Shown: positions 23,373-34,125 of the stretch, one piece after another
How positions within the stretch are numbered: the first letter of the stretch is position 1
Layout: every line of letters starts with the position of its first letter
Source of the DNA: an uncultured SAR86 cluster bacterium
Lineage (GTDB): Bacteria > Pseudomonadota > Gammaproteobacteria > Magnimaribacterales > D2472
Reading direction: 5' to 3'
NCBI GenBank assembly: GCA_902608115.1
Contig: CACLMT010000001.1
Coordinates: forward strand, 66,484 to 130,483
Length of the DNA stretch: 64,000 nt
Made by a program: the position numbers and the translations under genes
The notes under the pieces: generated by a model
The model's database searches: none
The model's input: only the letters and a program-made list of their open reading frames with translations
What the model was told of the DNA's origin: nothing

Positions 23373-24919
23373 TTTTCTCTCTTTAGTTTTGAGTTATACA
23401 ATTCTACATATTTATTAATATTGATGTCTTTAGTTTCTTCAATTATTTTTTGTTGCTCTAAAGAATCCATAGAGTTATTAAGGAGCACTGAAAAATCCCC
23501 ATCGATTTTTTTTCTAAATTTTTTAGCAATTTCTTGGCTATGAGAAAGACCAAATTCTTTAAAAGAAATATTAGTATCCATTAGGATTCTCATTATCTTC
23601 TGACTTGGGGGGGAGGTGTCAACAACCTCACTTTCTAATGCATTTAAATAACCCGGAGAATATTCGTCCATGGCAAGAGCAACCAAGCTAAGCTCTTCAT
23701 AGAAATTTTTTCTAAGCTCAGACAAAGCCTTGTAGCTACCTTTTTGAAGTATCTTTACATCTTTAGATCTTCCATTAGTTACCATGGTTTTTTGGTTAAG
23801 TTTAATTTCTTCATTTTCTTGTTTATTAATATTTGGGCTATCGCTTATAAGAGAATGAATAAGAAAAATATCAAGAAGTTTTATTTTATTTTCTGAAATT
23901 CCTTCTGGAATAAAAGGGTTTACATCAATCCCCCTTAGTTCAATATATTCTATCCCCTTTTGTTTTAAAAGATTTGCTGGGCGACTTCCGCTGGGCCCCG
24001 TTCTTTTGGGTCGAATAATGTCATAAAGTTCATTTTCAATTTGTAAAATTCCGGTAGATATTTGTTGAGGAAACCCTTTTTCATCTAATAAGCCCATTTC
24101 TTTAAATTTTTCATATGGGGCAGAAATACCCTTTATTACAGCATCCACAAATTCATTTAAATTGTTATATGTAATTTTTAAAGACTCTTGAATTGGACTT
24201 TGATACCCCGCCTCACTCATTCTTAATGTGGTGGCAAAAGGCATAAATAAATCTTCTTTGCCATAATTTTCTAGAGAATGTTTTCTGCCATATAGATATG
24301 ATTTATGAGTGATTGGTGAGGCTCCACATTGCTCTAAAATGAACCAAAAATTTCGTTTTACATTTCTAATAAGGTGTAAATATTTTTCGTTTATATATTC
24401 TTGGGTTACATTGTCCACAACTGGAAGCCAAGAGGTATCTGAAAGAGAAAAGTTATAATGTATCCCTGATACACACTGCATAATTGACCCATATCTAAGT
24501 TTTAATCCCTTTCGATAAATATGCTTAAGCATCCCCATATTTGAGTGACCATATTCTGCTATTCTTATCTCGCTTTCGTCCTCAAATGCACACGGCATAG
24601 AAAAGTTCCACAGTATCTCTTCTTCCATGGCTCCATATACGAAATGATGTAATTTCGAAAGGTGTTTAAATAGGCTTTCTGTAGAAGCAAAGGTTGGGGT
24701 TATTAGCTCAATTAGAGCCTCAGAAAAATCAGTTGTTATATCTGTGCTGGTTAAGGGTGAGCCAAGCCCAATAGGATGGTCTTTTTGAGAAATAGACCCA
24801 TTATGACCAACCCTTAAAGACTCTCTTTCAATGCCCCTATGGATCTCAAGGTTTTTAAAGAAACCATTTTCTTGATGAAGCTTAAGCTCCTTCTTAAATT
24901 TAGTTAATGCCATTGGCAT
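23369..24919 (-). CDS. gshA: Glutamate--cysteine ligase
   Basis: RGIERESLRV...HP..LGSPLT...ITTDFSEALIELITP closely parallels the E. coli GshA N-terminus. 516 aa. Confidence 0.92.
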   Translation of the reverse strand: MPMALTKFKKELKLHQENGFFKNLEIHRGIERESLRVGHNGSISQKDHPIGLGSPLTSTDITTDFSEALIELITPTFASTESLFKHLSKLHHFVYGAMEEEILWNFSMPCAFEDESEIRIAEYGHSNMGMLKHIYRKGLKLRYGSIMQCVSGIHYNFSLSDTSWLPVVDNVTQEYINEKYLHLIRNVKRNFWFILEQCGASPITHKSYLYGRKHSLENYGKEDLFMPFATTLRMSEAGYQSPIQESLKITYNNLNEFVDAVIKGISAPYEKFKEMGLLDEKGFPQQISTGILQIENELYDIIRPKRTGPSGSRPANLLKQKGIEYIELRGIDVNPFIPEGISENKIKLLDIFLIHSLISDSPNINKQENEEIKLNQKTMVTNGRSKDVKILQKGSYKALSELRKNFYEELSLVALAMDEYSPGYLNALESEVVDTSPPSQKIMRILMDTNISFKEFGLSHSQEIAKKFRKKIDGDFSVLLNNSMDSLEQQKIIEETKDININKYVELYNSKLKREK

Positions 24920-24923
24920 TTAT

Positions 24924-26465
24924 CTAAATGGACGGCCCGGCCTCTATAATTTCTGATCTCACAGAAAACTTTTTAAAATTTTCTTGAAACTGACTAACCA
25001 GATCTCTGAGATATTTATCATATTCATTTTGATTTTTCCAAGTAGTTTTTGGAGTTAACACCTTGGGGTCTATACCATCAACAAAGGTTGGAACATCAAG
25101 GTTTAATCCTTCAATGTGCTGCGTTTCCACGCCATTTAATTTACCATTTTGAATGGCATGTATTATTCGTCTAGTTACTGGAATATCAAATCTTGAACCA
25201 ACTCCGTGAGGGCCTCCAGTCCAACCAGTGTTAACGAGGAATACTTTTGAGCCAAATAATTCAATTCTTTTAATTAAAAGATCTGCATAGACACCAGCCG
25301 GTCTTGGAAAAAAAGGAGCGCCGAAGCAAGTTGAAAATGTTATACCAATTGATTCGGTTGAACCCACTTCTGTAGAACCAACTTTTGCTGTATAACCACT
25401 TAAAAAATGGTATGCAGCAGCCTCTTTGGAAAGGATAGAAACAGGAGGGATAACTCCGGTTAGATCACAGGTTAAAAATATAACAGTTTCTGGTTCGCCC
25501 GCCGCATTGGATTCAACTGCATCCTCAATGTGCGATCTTGGGTAACAACACCTTCCATTTTCAGACAATGAAGTATCTGAATAATCGGGGGTATTGTTGT
25601 GATCAAGAAAAACATTTTCAATAATACTGCCATGTTTTATTGCTTTAAAAATTACAGGTTCATTTTTTTCAGACAGGTCAATGGTTTTTGCATAACACCC
25701 ACCTTCAAAGTTAAACACAGCACCTTCGCCCCAGCCATGCTCGTCATCACCAATTAATGAACAGGTTGGGTCTGCAGATAAAGTGGTTTTTCCAGTTCCT
25801 GATAAACCAAAAAAAAGTGAGACTTTACCATCTTTATTAACATTTGAAGAACAGTGCATGGGTAGAACATCTTTTTCGGGCATTAAAAAATTTTGAACCG
25901 AAAACATTGATTTTTTCATCTCACCTGCGTACTTCATTCCAGCAAGTAACACTTTTCTGGCTGCAAAATTAATGATTACGCAAGCTTCAGAATTGGTGCC
26001 ATCCTCTTCTGGGGAACATTTATAGTTAAGAGCGCTTAGAATTTGCCATTCTTGTTTGCCCTGAGGATTAAATTCAACCGGGTCAACAAAAATTAGCTGA
26101 GAAAACATACTATGAGTGGCGCTTTCTGCTGTGACATTAACAGGAATGTAATGTTCCACATGTGCCCCGACATGGACTTTTGAAATATACCTATCCTTTT
26201 CTGCTAAATATGCTTCTACTTTATCCCAAAGGTTAGAAAATCTTTCGGCTTTAAAAGGCTTATTAATATCGCCCCAATCTATAAGATGAGAGGTGCTATC
26301 TTCCTTTACAATAAATCTATCGTTTGGGCTTCTTCCTGTTCTATTGCCCGTATTAACAGCCAGGGCTCCATTGCTTGCAATGACCCCCTCTTCATTTTTG
26401 ACAGCTCGCTTAATTAGCTCTTCGGTGCTGAGTATGAATTCTTGACTTAAACTATTACTTTCCAT
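24924..26465 (-). CDS. pckA: Phosphoenolpyruvate carboxykinase (ATP)
   Basis: [13 protein letters not shown] kinase-1a motif, GDDEHGW and NTGWTGG blocks, 513 aa. Confidence 0.95.
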   Translation of the reverse strand: MESNSLSQEFILSTEELIKRAVKNEEGVIASNGALAVNTGNRTGRSPNDRFIVKEDSTSHLIDWGDINKPFKAERFSNLWDKVEAYLAEKDRYISKVHVGAHVEHYIPVNVTAESATHSMFSQLIFVDPVEFNPQGKQEWQILSALNYKCSPEEDGTNSEACVIINFAARKVLLAGMKYAGEMKKSMFSVQNFLMPEKDVLPMHCSSNVNKDGKVSLFFGLSGTGKTTLSADPTCSLIGDDEHGWGEGAVFNFEGGCYAKTIDLSEKNEPVIFKAIKHGSIIENVFLDHNNTPDYSDTSLSENGRCCYPRSHIEDAVESNAAGEPETVIFLTCDLTGVIPPVSILSKEAAAYHFLSGYTAKVGSTEVGSTESIGITFSTCFGAPFFPRPAGVYADLLIKRIELFGSKVFLVNTGWTGGPHGVGSRFDIPVTRRIIHAIQNGKLNGVETQHIEGLNLDVPTFVDGIDPKVLTPKTTWKNQNEYDKYLRDLVSQFQENFKKFSVRSEIIEAGPSI

Positions 26466-26655
26466 TTTTAAAAACTATTTTTTGATTATAAGCATAAGTT
26501 TATTTTACATCTAGGTATCAGCCTTAACTAATAACCCATTTCTTGTAGTGAAATAGAAATTAATAATAATAAATTATCAATAAACATCATATACATTACA
26601 GTTACAGGCAATTATTAATATTTTTTATATTGTCTTATTAAATACTACAAGATCA

Positions 26656-27147
26656 TTATTTTTTCAGAAAAGAATACATATTGAAGAGAAATAACGCTAC
26701 AAAGAAAATAAAAGCCCATTCGGCGAAATTAAAAATGAATCTCCATTCGTATTCTGCACAGTTTCCATCTCCGACCAGTATGGTTTGAATGACCTCTAAA
26801 AAAGGGAGTGTATTTAATAAAAACTCCATAGGGGGCGCACATGAGGGGATTTGATCGGCCGGAAGGTGTTGAAGATATATTTGTCTCCCTGAAATCATTC
26901 CACCAGCCGCCGCAAATAGACTCGCAGCAAATAACAAGAACTTTCTAATAATATTTAAAAGGTTTGGAATAATTAGAAACAAACCACAGAGGGCAATTAA
27001 ACCAAAAGTCCAACGTTGAAGGATGCATAGAGGACACGCATCGAATACTCCAATTACTTCAAAAAGATAAGCGCCTATAATTAAACTAACTCCAGTTATA
27101 AGATTTACTAGACCGGGAGAAAGAAGGATGTTTTTAATGAAGTTCAT
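26656..27147 (-). CDS. dsbB: Disulfide bond formation protein B
   Basis: Four TM helices, first Cys pair CPLCILQR, second pair in the periplasmic loop (PSCAPP ... GNCAE). Confidence 0.88.
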   Translation of the reverse strand: MNFIKNILLSPGLVNLITGVSLIIGAYLFEVIGVFDACPLCILQRWTFGLIALCGLFLIIPNLLNIIRKFLLFAASLFAAAGGMISGRQIYLQHLPADQIPSCAPPMEFLLNTLPFLEVIQTILVGDGNCAEYEWRFIFNFAEWAFIFFVALFLFNMYSFLKK

Positions 27148-27232
27148 ATATGTATATATTTTATCTCATTAAATGAAGATCATCTTACTTTTACATGGCG
27201 CTTATAAAAACCAAATGACATAATAAATTTTT

Positions 27233-29926
27233 ATGGAAACTCAACTAAAGAAAATTTTTCTAATTGATGGATCTTCATATCTATATAGAGCATTTCATGC
27301 AATGCCGCCCCTTACAACCTCTAAAGGGTTGCCTACAGGAGCAGTTAAAGGGGTAACTAATATGTTGCGTAATCTGCGAAAAGAAAATCCAGATTCTTAT
27401 TATTTAGCAATATTTGATGCTAAGGGTAAAAATTTTAGACATACAATTTATCCTGATTACAAAGCTAATAGACCCCCCATGCCTATGGAACTTCGTGAAC
27501 AACTCTCGCCCTTAAAAGAGATATGTAACGCAATGGGGATGCCAGTAATTGAGGTACCCGGCGTAGAGGCAGATGATGTTATTGCCACCCTAGCCATAGA
27601 GGGTTCAAATAAAGGGATGTCAGTTGTTATCTCTTCATTAGACAAAGACTTAATGCAATTAGTCAAAGACCCCATGGTAAAAATGATGAATACTATGAAC
27701 AAACAAATCTATAATGAGGCGGGGGTTGAGAAAAAGTTCGGCGTTAAACCCGACCAGATAATAGATTATCTAGCTTTGGTTGGAGACAGCTCAGATAATA
27801 TTCCAGGCGTTTCAAAAGTTGGCCCCAAAACAGCGGCTAAATGGTTAAATGAATTTAACAACATTGAAGGTATTGTAAAAAATGCTGAAAGTTTCATAGG
27901 AGTTGTAGGTAATAATTTGCGTGATTCCATTCAAGACCTTGACAGGAATATTGAGCTAGTAAGATTGAAAAAAGATGTAGATATAAAAGTAACTTTAGAA
28001 GAGCTTCTTAATGCAGAAGAAAATACCGAAGAATTAAACAAGCTTTTTGTTTCACTTGAGTTTAATACATGGATACAGTCTCCAAAAAAAACTAAAGAGG
28101 AGCCTGGTTTTGTTGCCAAAAAAGAATATCAAACCATCTTAACTAAAAAAGATTTACAAGTTTGGGCCAATAAACTTAACAAAGCACAAACATTTGCAAT
28201 TGATACAGAGACTTCTTCATTGGATACTATGACTGCTAATCTTATAGGCATCTCTTTGGCATGCGACGAAGGTGAGGGCTGCTATATTCCAATCGCACAC
28301 TCATATGATAAGGTCCCACAACAATTAGATTTGGACGACGTTGTAAAAGTTTTGGGCAAATCAATCTCTAACAATGAAAGCAAGTTGGTAGGCCAAAATC
28401 TAAAGTTTGACTTACCTATCCTTCGAAGACACGGCATCAAAGTAGATAAATTTTTAGGAGATACAATGTTGATGTCATATGTACTAAATAGTACTGCAAC
28501 CCGGCATGGTTTAGATAGAATGGCTTTGCATTACCTTAATTATAAAACAATGAAATACGAGGAGATTGTTGGTACAGCCTCTAAGCAGATTAATTTTTCT
28601 CAAGTTAAAATTCCAGTTGCTACTTTTTATGCGTCAGAAGATGCTGATATTACATTAAGATTGTTTAATCTCCTCAATGATAGGCTTAAAACTGAAAAAC
28701 AATTAATTCACCTTCTAAAGACCATTGAATATCCGATGCTTGAATCTTTGATAAAAGTAGAAACCAATGGAGCAAAAATAGATGCAAAAATGCTTGCAGA
28801 GTACTCAAAAGAACTGGGCTTAAAAGCTGCAGAACTTTCTCGAAAAGCATTTAAAATGGCTGGAGAAGAATTCAACATGGACTCACCTAAACAATTGGTG
28901 GAAGTCTTGTATAACAAACTAGAGCTCCCGATTTTAAAGAAAACCCCGAAAGGCCAACCCTCAACAAACGAAGATACATTGCAAAGACTGGCAGAAGAAT
29001 ATGAGCTCCCAAAAATAATCATAGAATATCGCACCCTAGCAAAGTTAAAATCAACTTATACCGATAGTTTAATTAATATTCAACACCCAGAAACCAATAG
29101 AATCCATACTTCATATCAACAGGCCGTAACTTCAACCGGAAGGCTTTCGTCTACTGAGCCAAATTTACAAAATATTCCAATTAAAACACCAGAGGGGAGA
29201 AAAATTCGAGAAGCCTTTATCCCCGAAAAGGGAAATGTATTAATTTCAGCAGATTATTCTCAAATTGAGCTCAGAATAATGGCTCACCTTTCGGGGGATA
29301 AGAATTTAACGGAGGCGTTTAAAAATAATTTAGACGTACATTCTGCAACAGCATCTGAAATTTTTGGAATCTCATTAGATGAGGTTTCTCAAGACCATCG
29401 AAGAAGCGCCAAAGTTATTAATTTTGGTTTAATTTATGGGATGTCAGCATTTGGGTTGACAAGGCAGCTTGGCATCCCAAGGCATGAGGCTCAAGACTAT
29501 CTTGATACATATTTTGAGAAATATACTGGGGTTAGGAAATATATGGTCTCTACAAAAGAACTTGCTAAAAAAAATCTATATGTTGAAACCATCCTTGGTA
29601 GAAGGCTCCATGTAGCGGAGATTAATGCATCAAACGGCTTAAGAAGACAGGCGGCCGAAAGAGCTGCCATCAACGCTCCGTTGCAAGGATCAGCGGCCGA
29701 TATTATTAAGAAGGCTATGATAGATATTGATAATTGGATAGGAGATGACAACACAGATATAAGAATGATTATGCAGGTTCATGATGAGCTTGTATTTGAG
29801 GTTAAAAAAGATTATGCAATTGAAGCTTTAGAAAAAATAACAACCTTTATGGAAAAAGCAGTTAAGCTTAGTGTTCCATTGACTGTAGATGCTCACCAAG
29901 GGAGCAACTGGAATGAGGCTCATTAG
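27233..29926 (+). CDS. polA: DNA polymerase I
   Basis: 5'-nuclease, 3'-5' exonuclease (FAIDTETSSLD) and polymerase motifs (DYSQIELRIMAH, QVHDELVFE). 897 aa. Confidence 0.97.
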   Translation: METQLKKIFLIDGSSYLYRAFHAMPPLTTSKGLPTGAVKGVTNMLRNLRKENPDSYYLAIFDAKGKNFRHTIYPDYKANRPPMPMELREQLSPLKEICNAMGMPVIEVPGVEADDVIATLAIEGSNKGMSVVISSLDKDLMQLVKDPMVKMMNTMNKQIYNEAGVEKKFGVKPDQIIDYLALVGDSSDNIPGVSKVGPKTAAKWLNEFNNIEGIVKNAESFIGVVGNNLRDSIQDLDRNIELVRLKKDVDIKVTLEELLNAEENTEELNKLFVSLEFNTWIQSPKKTKEEPGFVAKKEYQTILTKKDLQVWANKLNKAQTFAIDTETSSLDTMTANLIGISLACDEGEGCYIPIAHSYDKVPQQLDLDDVVKVLGKSISNNESKLVGQNLKFDLPILRRHGIKVDKFLGDTMLMSYVLNSTATRHGLDRMALHYLNYKTMKYEEIVGTASKQINFSQVKIPVATFYASEDADITLRLFNLLNDRLKTEKQLIHLLKTIEYPMLESLIKVETNGAKIDAKMLAEYSKELGLKAAELSRKAFKMAGEEFNMDSPKQLVEVLYNKLELPILKKTPKGQPSTNEDTLQRLAEEYELPKIIIEYRTLAKLKSTYTDSLINIQHPETNRIHTSYQQAVTSTGRLSSTEPNLQNIPIKTPEGRKIREAFIPEKGNVLISADYSQIELRIMAHLSGDKNLTEAFKNNLDVHSATASEIFGISLDEVSQDHRRSAKVINFGLIYGMSAFGLTRQLGIPRHEAQDYLDTYFEKYTGVRKYMVSTKELAKKNLYVETILGRRLHVAEINASNGLRRQAAERAAINAPLQGSAADIIKKAMIDIDNWIGDDNTDIRMIMQVHDELVFEVKKDYAIEALEKITTFMEKAVKLSVPLTVDAHQGSNWNEAH

Positions 29927-29952
29927 ATTAAGCGCTGTATAATTAGAAAATC

Positions 29953-31098
29953 ATGGCAGAGAAAGAAGACTTATTAAAAGATTTAAAAATAGACAGATCT
30001 AAGTCCGCAGAAGAAAAATCAATTCAAAGTAATAAATTTTTATTATTTGGACTGGCAACAATAATTATTTTATTTTTTGGATGGTTTTTCCTTTCAGAAG
30101 ATCAAGCAAAAATCGTTACAACGTTTACAGTCAAATCATTAAATACAAATGACTCTTCTGTATCAAGCATACTAGATGCATCGGGTTATGTTGTTGCCAG
30201 AAGAAGAGCAACCGTATCATCTAAAATAACAGGCAAAGTGATGAAGGTTTTTGTTGAAGAGGGCATGTATGTTAAAGAGGGCCAACTTTTAGCACAATTA
30301 GACGACAGCACGATGATTGCAGACTTAAATTATGCGCTTTCTCAATTAAAAGAGGCTAAAAGAGTTCTTAATAGAACACAAGAATTAGCATCAAGGCAAT
30401 TAGCAAGCCAGGCCTCTTTAGATGCAGCTCAAACATCATTAGAGGGTTTGGAGGCTTTAACAGAAGTAAAAAGACAAACCGTAGAGGACATGAAAATTGT
30501 TGCCCCTTTTAGCGGTGTTGTGGTTTACAAGGCAGCGCAACCGGGTGAGATGATTTCTCCTGTCTCTGCCGGAGGAGGTTTTACTAAAACTGGTATATGC
30601 ACAATAGTCGATATGGATTCTTTAGAAGTTGAGGTAGATGTAAACGAAGCCTTTATCAACAGAGTGACTCCCGGCCAACCTGTTATTGCAAACTTAAATG
30701 CTTATTCTAAATGGGATATTCCCGCAAAGGTGATTGCCATTATTCCAACAGCAGACAGAAGCAAGGCAACTGTAAAAGTAAGAATAGCTTTACTAGAAAA
30801 AGATAAAAGAGTCTTGCCTGATATGGGAATTAGAGTTTCTTTTTTACAAGCAATTAAACAAAACAATACTACAACAAAAAAAGACGGGGTAATGGTTCCT
30901 AATGCAGCGGTTTCATTAATAAACAATGAGCCATATGTTCAGGTTGTCAGTAAAGGAAAAATTAAATATAAGAAAGTAAATATAGTAGAAGAATCTTCAA
31001 ATTACTCTAGAGTAACATCAGGTCTTTCGGCTGGTGCAATCCTGGTTGCAAAGTTTGATAACAGCTTAAAAGAAGATCAAAAAGTAAAAATTAATTAA
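29953..31098 (+). CDS. Periplasmic adaptor (membrane fusion, HlyD/MacA-like) subunit of an ABC efflux system
   Basis: N-terminal TM, lipoyl/barrel sandwich hairpin with a coiled-coil segment, and the IVAPFSGVV motif. Confidence 0.85.
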   Translation: MAEKEDLLKDLKIDRSKSAEEKSIQSNKFLLFGLATIIILFFGWFFLSEDQAKIVTTFTVKSLNTNDSSVSSILDASGYVVARRRATVSSKITGKVMKVFVEEGMYVKEGQLLAQLDDSTMIADLNYALSQLKEAKRVLNRTQELASRQLASQASLDAAQTSLEGLEALTEVKRQTVEDMKIVAPFSGVVVYKAAQPGEMISPVSAGGGFTKTGICTIVDMDSLEVEVDVNEAFINRVTPGQPVIANLNAYSKWDIPAKVIAIIPTADRSKATVKVRIALLEKDKRVLPDMGIRVSFLQAIKQNNTTTKKDGVMVPNAAVSLINNEPYVQVVSKGKIKYKKVNIVEESSNYSRVTSGLSAGAILVAKFDNSLKEDQKVKIN

Positions 31099-31105
31099 GG
31101 AAATA

Positions 31106-31780
31106 ATGATTAATTTAATAGAAGTCAAAGAAGTGAGCAAAATCTATAACAGAGGAGGAGAAACTCTGGTTGTATTAGACGGATTAAGTTTAGAAGTTCC
31201 AAAGGGTGATTTTCTTGCTCTCATGGGGCCCTCCGGATCGGGCAAATCAACCCTATTGAATTTAATTAGCGGTTTAGACTCACCAACCTCCGGCTCAATA
31301 ATAGCTAATGGAAAACATTTAGAGAAAATGAAATCCTCCGCATTAAGTGACTGGAGGGCAGGTAATGTTGGTTTTGTATTTCAATTCTATAATTTATTAC
31401 CAGTTTTAAATGCCAAAAAAAATGTAGAGCTCCCGCTGTTATTAACTAATTTGTCAGCCTTAAAAAGGAAGGAACATGTTGCTACAGCGTTGAATCTTGT
31501 TGGTTTGGCTGATAGAGGGGACCATAAACCCAGTGAGCTTTCTGGCGGACAGCAACAAAGAGTAGCAATAGCAAGAGCGCTTGTTTCTGATCCCGATATA
31601 TTGGTTTGTGATGAGCCAACAGGAGATTTAGATAGAGAATCAGCAACCGAGATTCTTAATCTAATACAAATATTAAATAGAGACCATGGCAAAACCATAC
31701 TGATGGTAACTCATGATCCGGTTGCAGCAGAATTTTCAAAAAGAACACTTTACTTAGATAAGGGCAAGCTAACACATTAA
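31106..31780 (+). CDS. ABC transporter ATP-binding protein (MacB/LolD-type)
   Basis: Walker A GPSGSGKST, signature LSGGQQQRVAIARAL, Walker B ILVCDEPTGDLD, H-loop VTHD. Confidence 0.93.
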   Translation: MINLIEVKEVSKIYNRGGETLVVLDGLSLEVPKGDFLALMGPSGSGKSTLLNLISGLDSPTSGSIIANGKHLEKMKSSALSDWRAGNVGFVFQFYNLLPVLNAKKNVELPLLLTNLSALKRKEHVATALNLVGLADRGDHKPSELSGGQQQRVAIARALVSDPDILVCDEPTGDLDRESATEILNLIQILNRDHGKTILMVTHDPVAAEFSKRTLYLDKGKLTH

Positions 31781-31783
31781 AAA

Positions 31784-32935
31784 ATGTACTGGACCCTAAT
31801 AAAGACAGGCCTAATAAGAAAAAGGATTAGAACTTTTTTAACCATTATGTCATTGTTTGTGGCTTTTCTTTTGTATGGCTCGCTTCAAACTTTTTCGTCT
31901 ATTTTTACCGGCTCAGTTAAGGGGTTATCAGCGCAAAATTTGATTGTAATGCCTCGTTATGACATGTTTGGAAAATTACCAATTTCAGTTGCACAGTACG
32001 TAGAAAGCCTCGATGGAGTAGAGGATGTCATGTATTTTGATTATTTAATGCCGATTAAACTTGAAAGCATGATGGATGGAGTTGTTTTTGCGTCGAGCCC
32101 CAATTTTTTTGATATTTATACTAGATTTCAAGCACCAGATGAGGCTAAACAAGCCTTAAAATCTACTAGGTCGTCCACCATTGTTGGCAAACTTATGGCA
32201 GAAAAAAAAGGAATAAAAATAGGCGACAAACTCTCTTTTAAATCAACCTCAATGAATCAAGATGGAAGCTATAACTGGTCGTTTGATGTGGTGGGTTTTT
32301 ATACTGTGACTCAACTAGCCGGTGATGAGATGGCTGCTATTGTTAATTATGAATCTGTCGATGAGGCTAGGCTTTCAGAAAAGGGAACAATTTCCATGAT
32401 TATGGCTCGAATAGCGAACCCAAATATGGCTGATTCCATATCAGATAAGGTTGATGATAGATTTATGAACTCAAGTTATGCAACGAGAACTGGACCCGAA
32501 TCAATGATGGCCGTTGAAATGGCTTCTGAGGTTGCAGACATAGAATTAATTATGACAGCAATTTTACTTTCAGTTTTCTTTACAATTTTGCTGGTATCAG
32601 CAAATACCATGTCTCAATCCATAAGGGAAAGGACGATTGAAATAGGGGTTTTGAAATGCCTGGGTTATAAAGATAGGCAATTGTTTGTTTCGGTTATGTT
32701 AGAGGCTACTTTTTTAACCTTTTGTGCAACTGGTTTAGGTTTACTAGGAACACTCTTGCTAATTCCTGTGGTGGAGCAACTTTCTGATGGTGTTTTAGCC
32801 AATACTTTTAACCTTGAATTAGAGATTATTTTCGGCGGGTTTATTTTGGGGCTTATAGTTGCTTTTTTGGCTGCCTCTGTACCAGCATACCAAGCATTAA
32901 CCCTTAGGGTGGTAGATGCTTTGCGTGAAGATTGA
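31784..32935 (+). CDS. ABC transporter permease, FtsX/MacB-type (first of two)
   Basis: TM1, a periplasmic domain of roughly 230 aa, then the three-TM FtsX domain (IGVLKCLGYKDRQL). Confidence 0.88.
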   Translation: MYWTLIKTGLIRKRIRTFLTIMSLFVAFLLYGSLQTFSSIFTGSVKGLSAQNLIVMPRYDMFGKLPISVAQYVESLDGVEDVMYFDYLMPIKLESMMDGVVFASSPNFFDIYTRFQAPDEAKQALKSTRSSTIVGKLMAEKKGIKIGDKLSFKSTSMNQDGSYNWSFDVVGFYTVTQLAGDEMAAIVNYESVDEARLSEKGTISMIMARIANPNMADSISDKVDDRFMNSSYATRTGPESMMAVEMASEVADIELIMTAILLSVFFTILLVSANTMSQSIRERTIEIGVLKCLGYKDRQLFVSVMLEATFLTFCATGLGLLGTLLLIPVVEQLSDGVLANTFNLELEIIFGGFILGLIVAFLAASVPAYQALTLRVVDALRED

Positions 32936-32936
32936 A

Positions 32937-34121
32937 ATGAAGTTCATAAGACAGGTTTTTGAAATAACAACAATGAACTTAAAAACAATTTTAGAGCGCT
33001 TTGGTTCTTCTGTTGTGATTATTGTTGGTATTGCTGGTTCAGTTGCAGTAATGGTTTCGCTTTTATCTATGGCGGAAGGACTTAATTCTACAATAATAAA
33101 AACAGGTCAAGATGATAGGGCCTTAATTTTAAGAGAAGGATCTAATTCAGAGCTAAGTAGCGGAGTTGGCATGCAAGAGATTGATATTATTTTAAATGCT
33201 CCTGGGGTAGAACAGTTTAATGGAAGCCCAATGGTATCAGGTGAGCTTTTTGTGATTGTAGATTTAAAAAGGAAGGGAGCTGAAGCAACATCAAATCTTC
33301 CGCTTAGGGGCGTTCAACCCATGAGCTTTAATATTAGGCCTGAATTAAAAATTATAGAAGGAAGAAATTTTCAATCTGGTACAGGAGAGGTTATTGTTGG
33401 CAAGGGGGCATTTGATCAGTATGAAGGGCTAGATATAGGGGACAAAATAGAGATAAGAGACAACTTTTGGAAAGTAGTAGGAATTTTTAGCACCGATGGA
33501 GATGTGCATGAATCTGAGGTATGGGCGGACCTTTCTGTAACCCAGAGCTCTTTTAGGCGAGAGGGTGGAGTATCTTTGGTTAGCGTAAAACTTATAAATG
33601 AAAATACATTTAATGAAGTTGGTGTTTATATAGAAACTTATCCAAACCTAAGTTTAAAAGTAGAAAGAGAATCTTCTTTTTATGAAAATCAATCTTTAGG
33701 GTCAGAATTAATTAGAGCGTTTGGTCTTGTTGTAGCAGTTATTATGGCGATTGGTTCTGTTTTTGCAGCGCTTAATACCATGTACAGCGCAGTATCAACT
33801 AGATTGGTAGAAATTGGAACACTTAGAGCTATTGGTTTTAAGGGGAGCTCTATATTAATTTCTTTAATGCTTGAATCTATGATTTTAGCAACTTTAGGGG
33901 GTTTTGTTGGCGCAGGAATAGCCTATATATTTTTTAATGGCTATACAGCATCAACACTTACAGGGGGCTCATTTACTCAAACAGCTTTTGCATTTGCAGT
34001 TACTGGAGATATTGTAAAACAGGGCATGATATTGGCGCTTACTGTTGGATTTTTTGGCGGTCTTTTGCCCGCATTTAATGCGGCAAGACAAAATATTACA
34101 GACGCTTTAAGATCAATTTAA
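32937..34121 (+). CDS. ABC transporter permease, FtsX/MacB-type (second of two)
   Basis: Same architecture (IGTLRAIGFKGSSI). I prefer the ATG at 32937 (1 nt after the upstream stop) over the ORF-track ATG at 32916, which overlaps by 20 nt. Confidence 0.85.
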   Translation: MKFIRQVFEITTMNLKTILERFGSSVVIIVGIAGSVAVMVSLLSMAEGLNSTIIKTGQDDRALILREGSNSELSSGVGMQEIDIILNAPGVEQFNGSPMVSGELFVIVDLKRKGAEATSNLPLRGVQPMSFNIRPELKIIEGRNFQSGTGEVIVGKGAFDQYEGLDIGDKIEIRDNFWKVVGIFSTDGDVHESEVWADLSVTQSSFRREGGVSLVSVKLINENTFNEVGVYIETYPNLSLKVERESSFYENQSLGSELIRAFGLVVAVIMAIGSVFAALNTMYSAVSTRLVEIGTLRAIGFKGSSILISLMLESMILATLGGFVGAGIAYIFFNGYTASTLTGGSFTQTAFAFAVTGDIVKQGMILALTVGFFGGLLPAFNAARQNITDALRSI

Positions 34122-34125
34122 TTAC

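Noticed and set aside
26466-26655. The longest non-coding stretch (190 nt, upstream of pckA), together with 13148-13307 (upstream of coxB), as possible sRNA, tRNA or small-ORF loci.
   Set aside because: Both are very AT-rich, full of stops in all frames, and show no stable helices or tRNA-like GC-rich arms by eye. They are most simply promoter or UTR regions. I could not identify convincing -35/-10 pairs.
29953-34121. The ATPase plus two FtsX permeases as the lipoprotein-sorting LolCDE system.
   Set aside because: The gene order is adaptor-ATPase-permease-permease, not lolC-lolD-lolE. A HlyD-type adaptor is present. The permease N-termini do not resemble LolC/LolE as I remember them.
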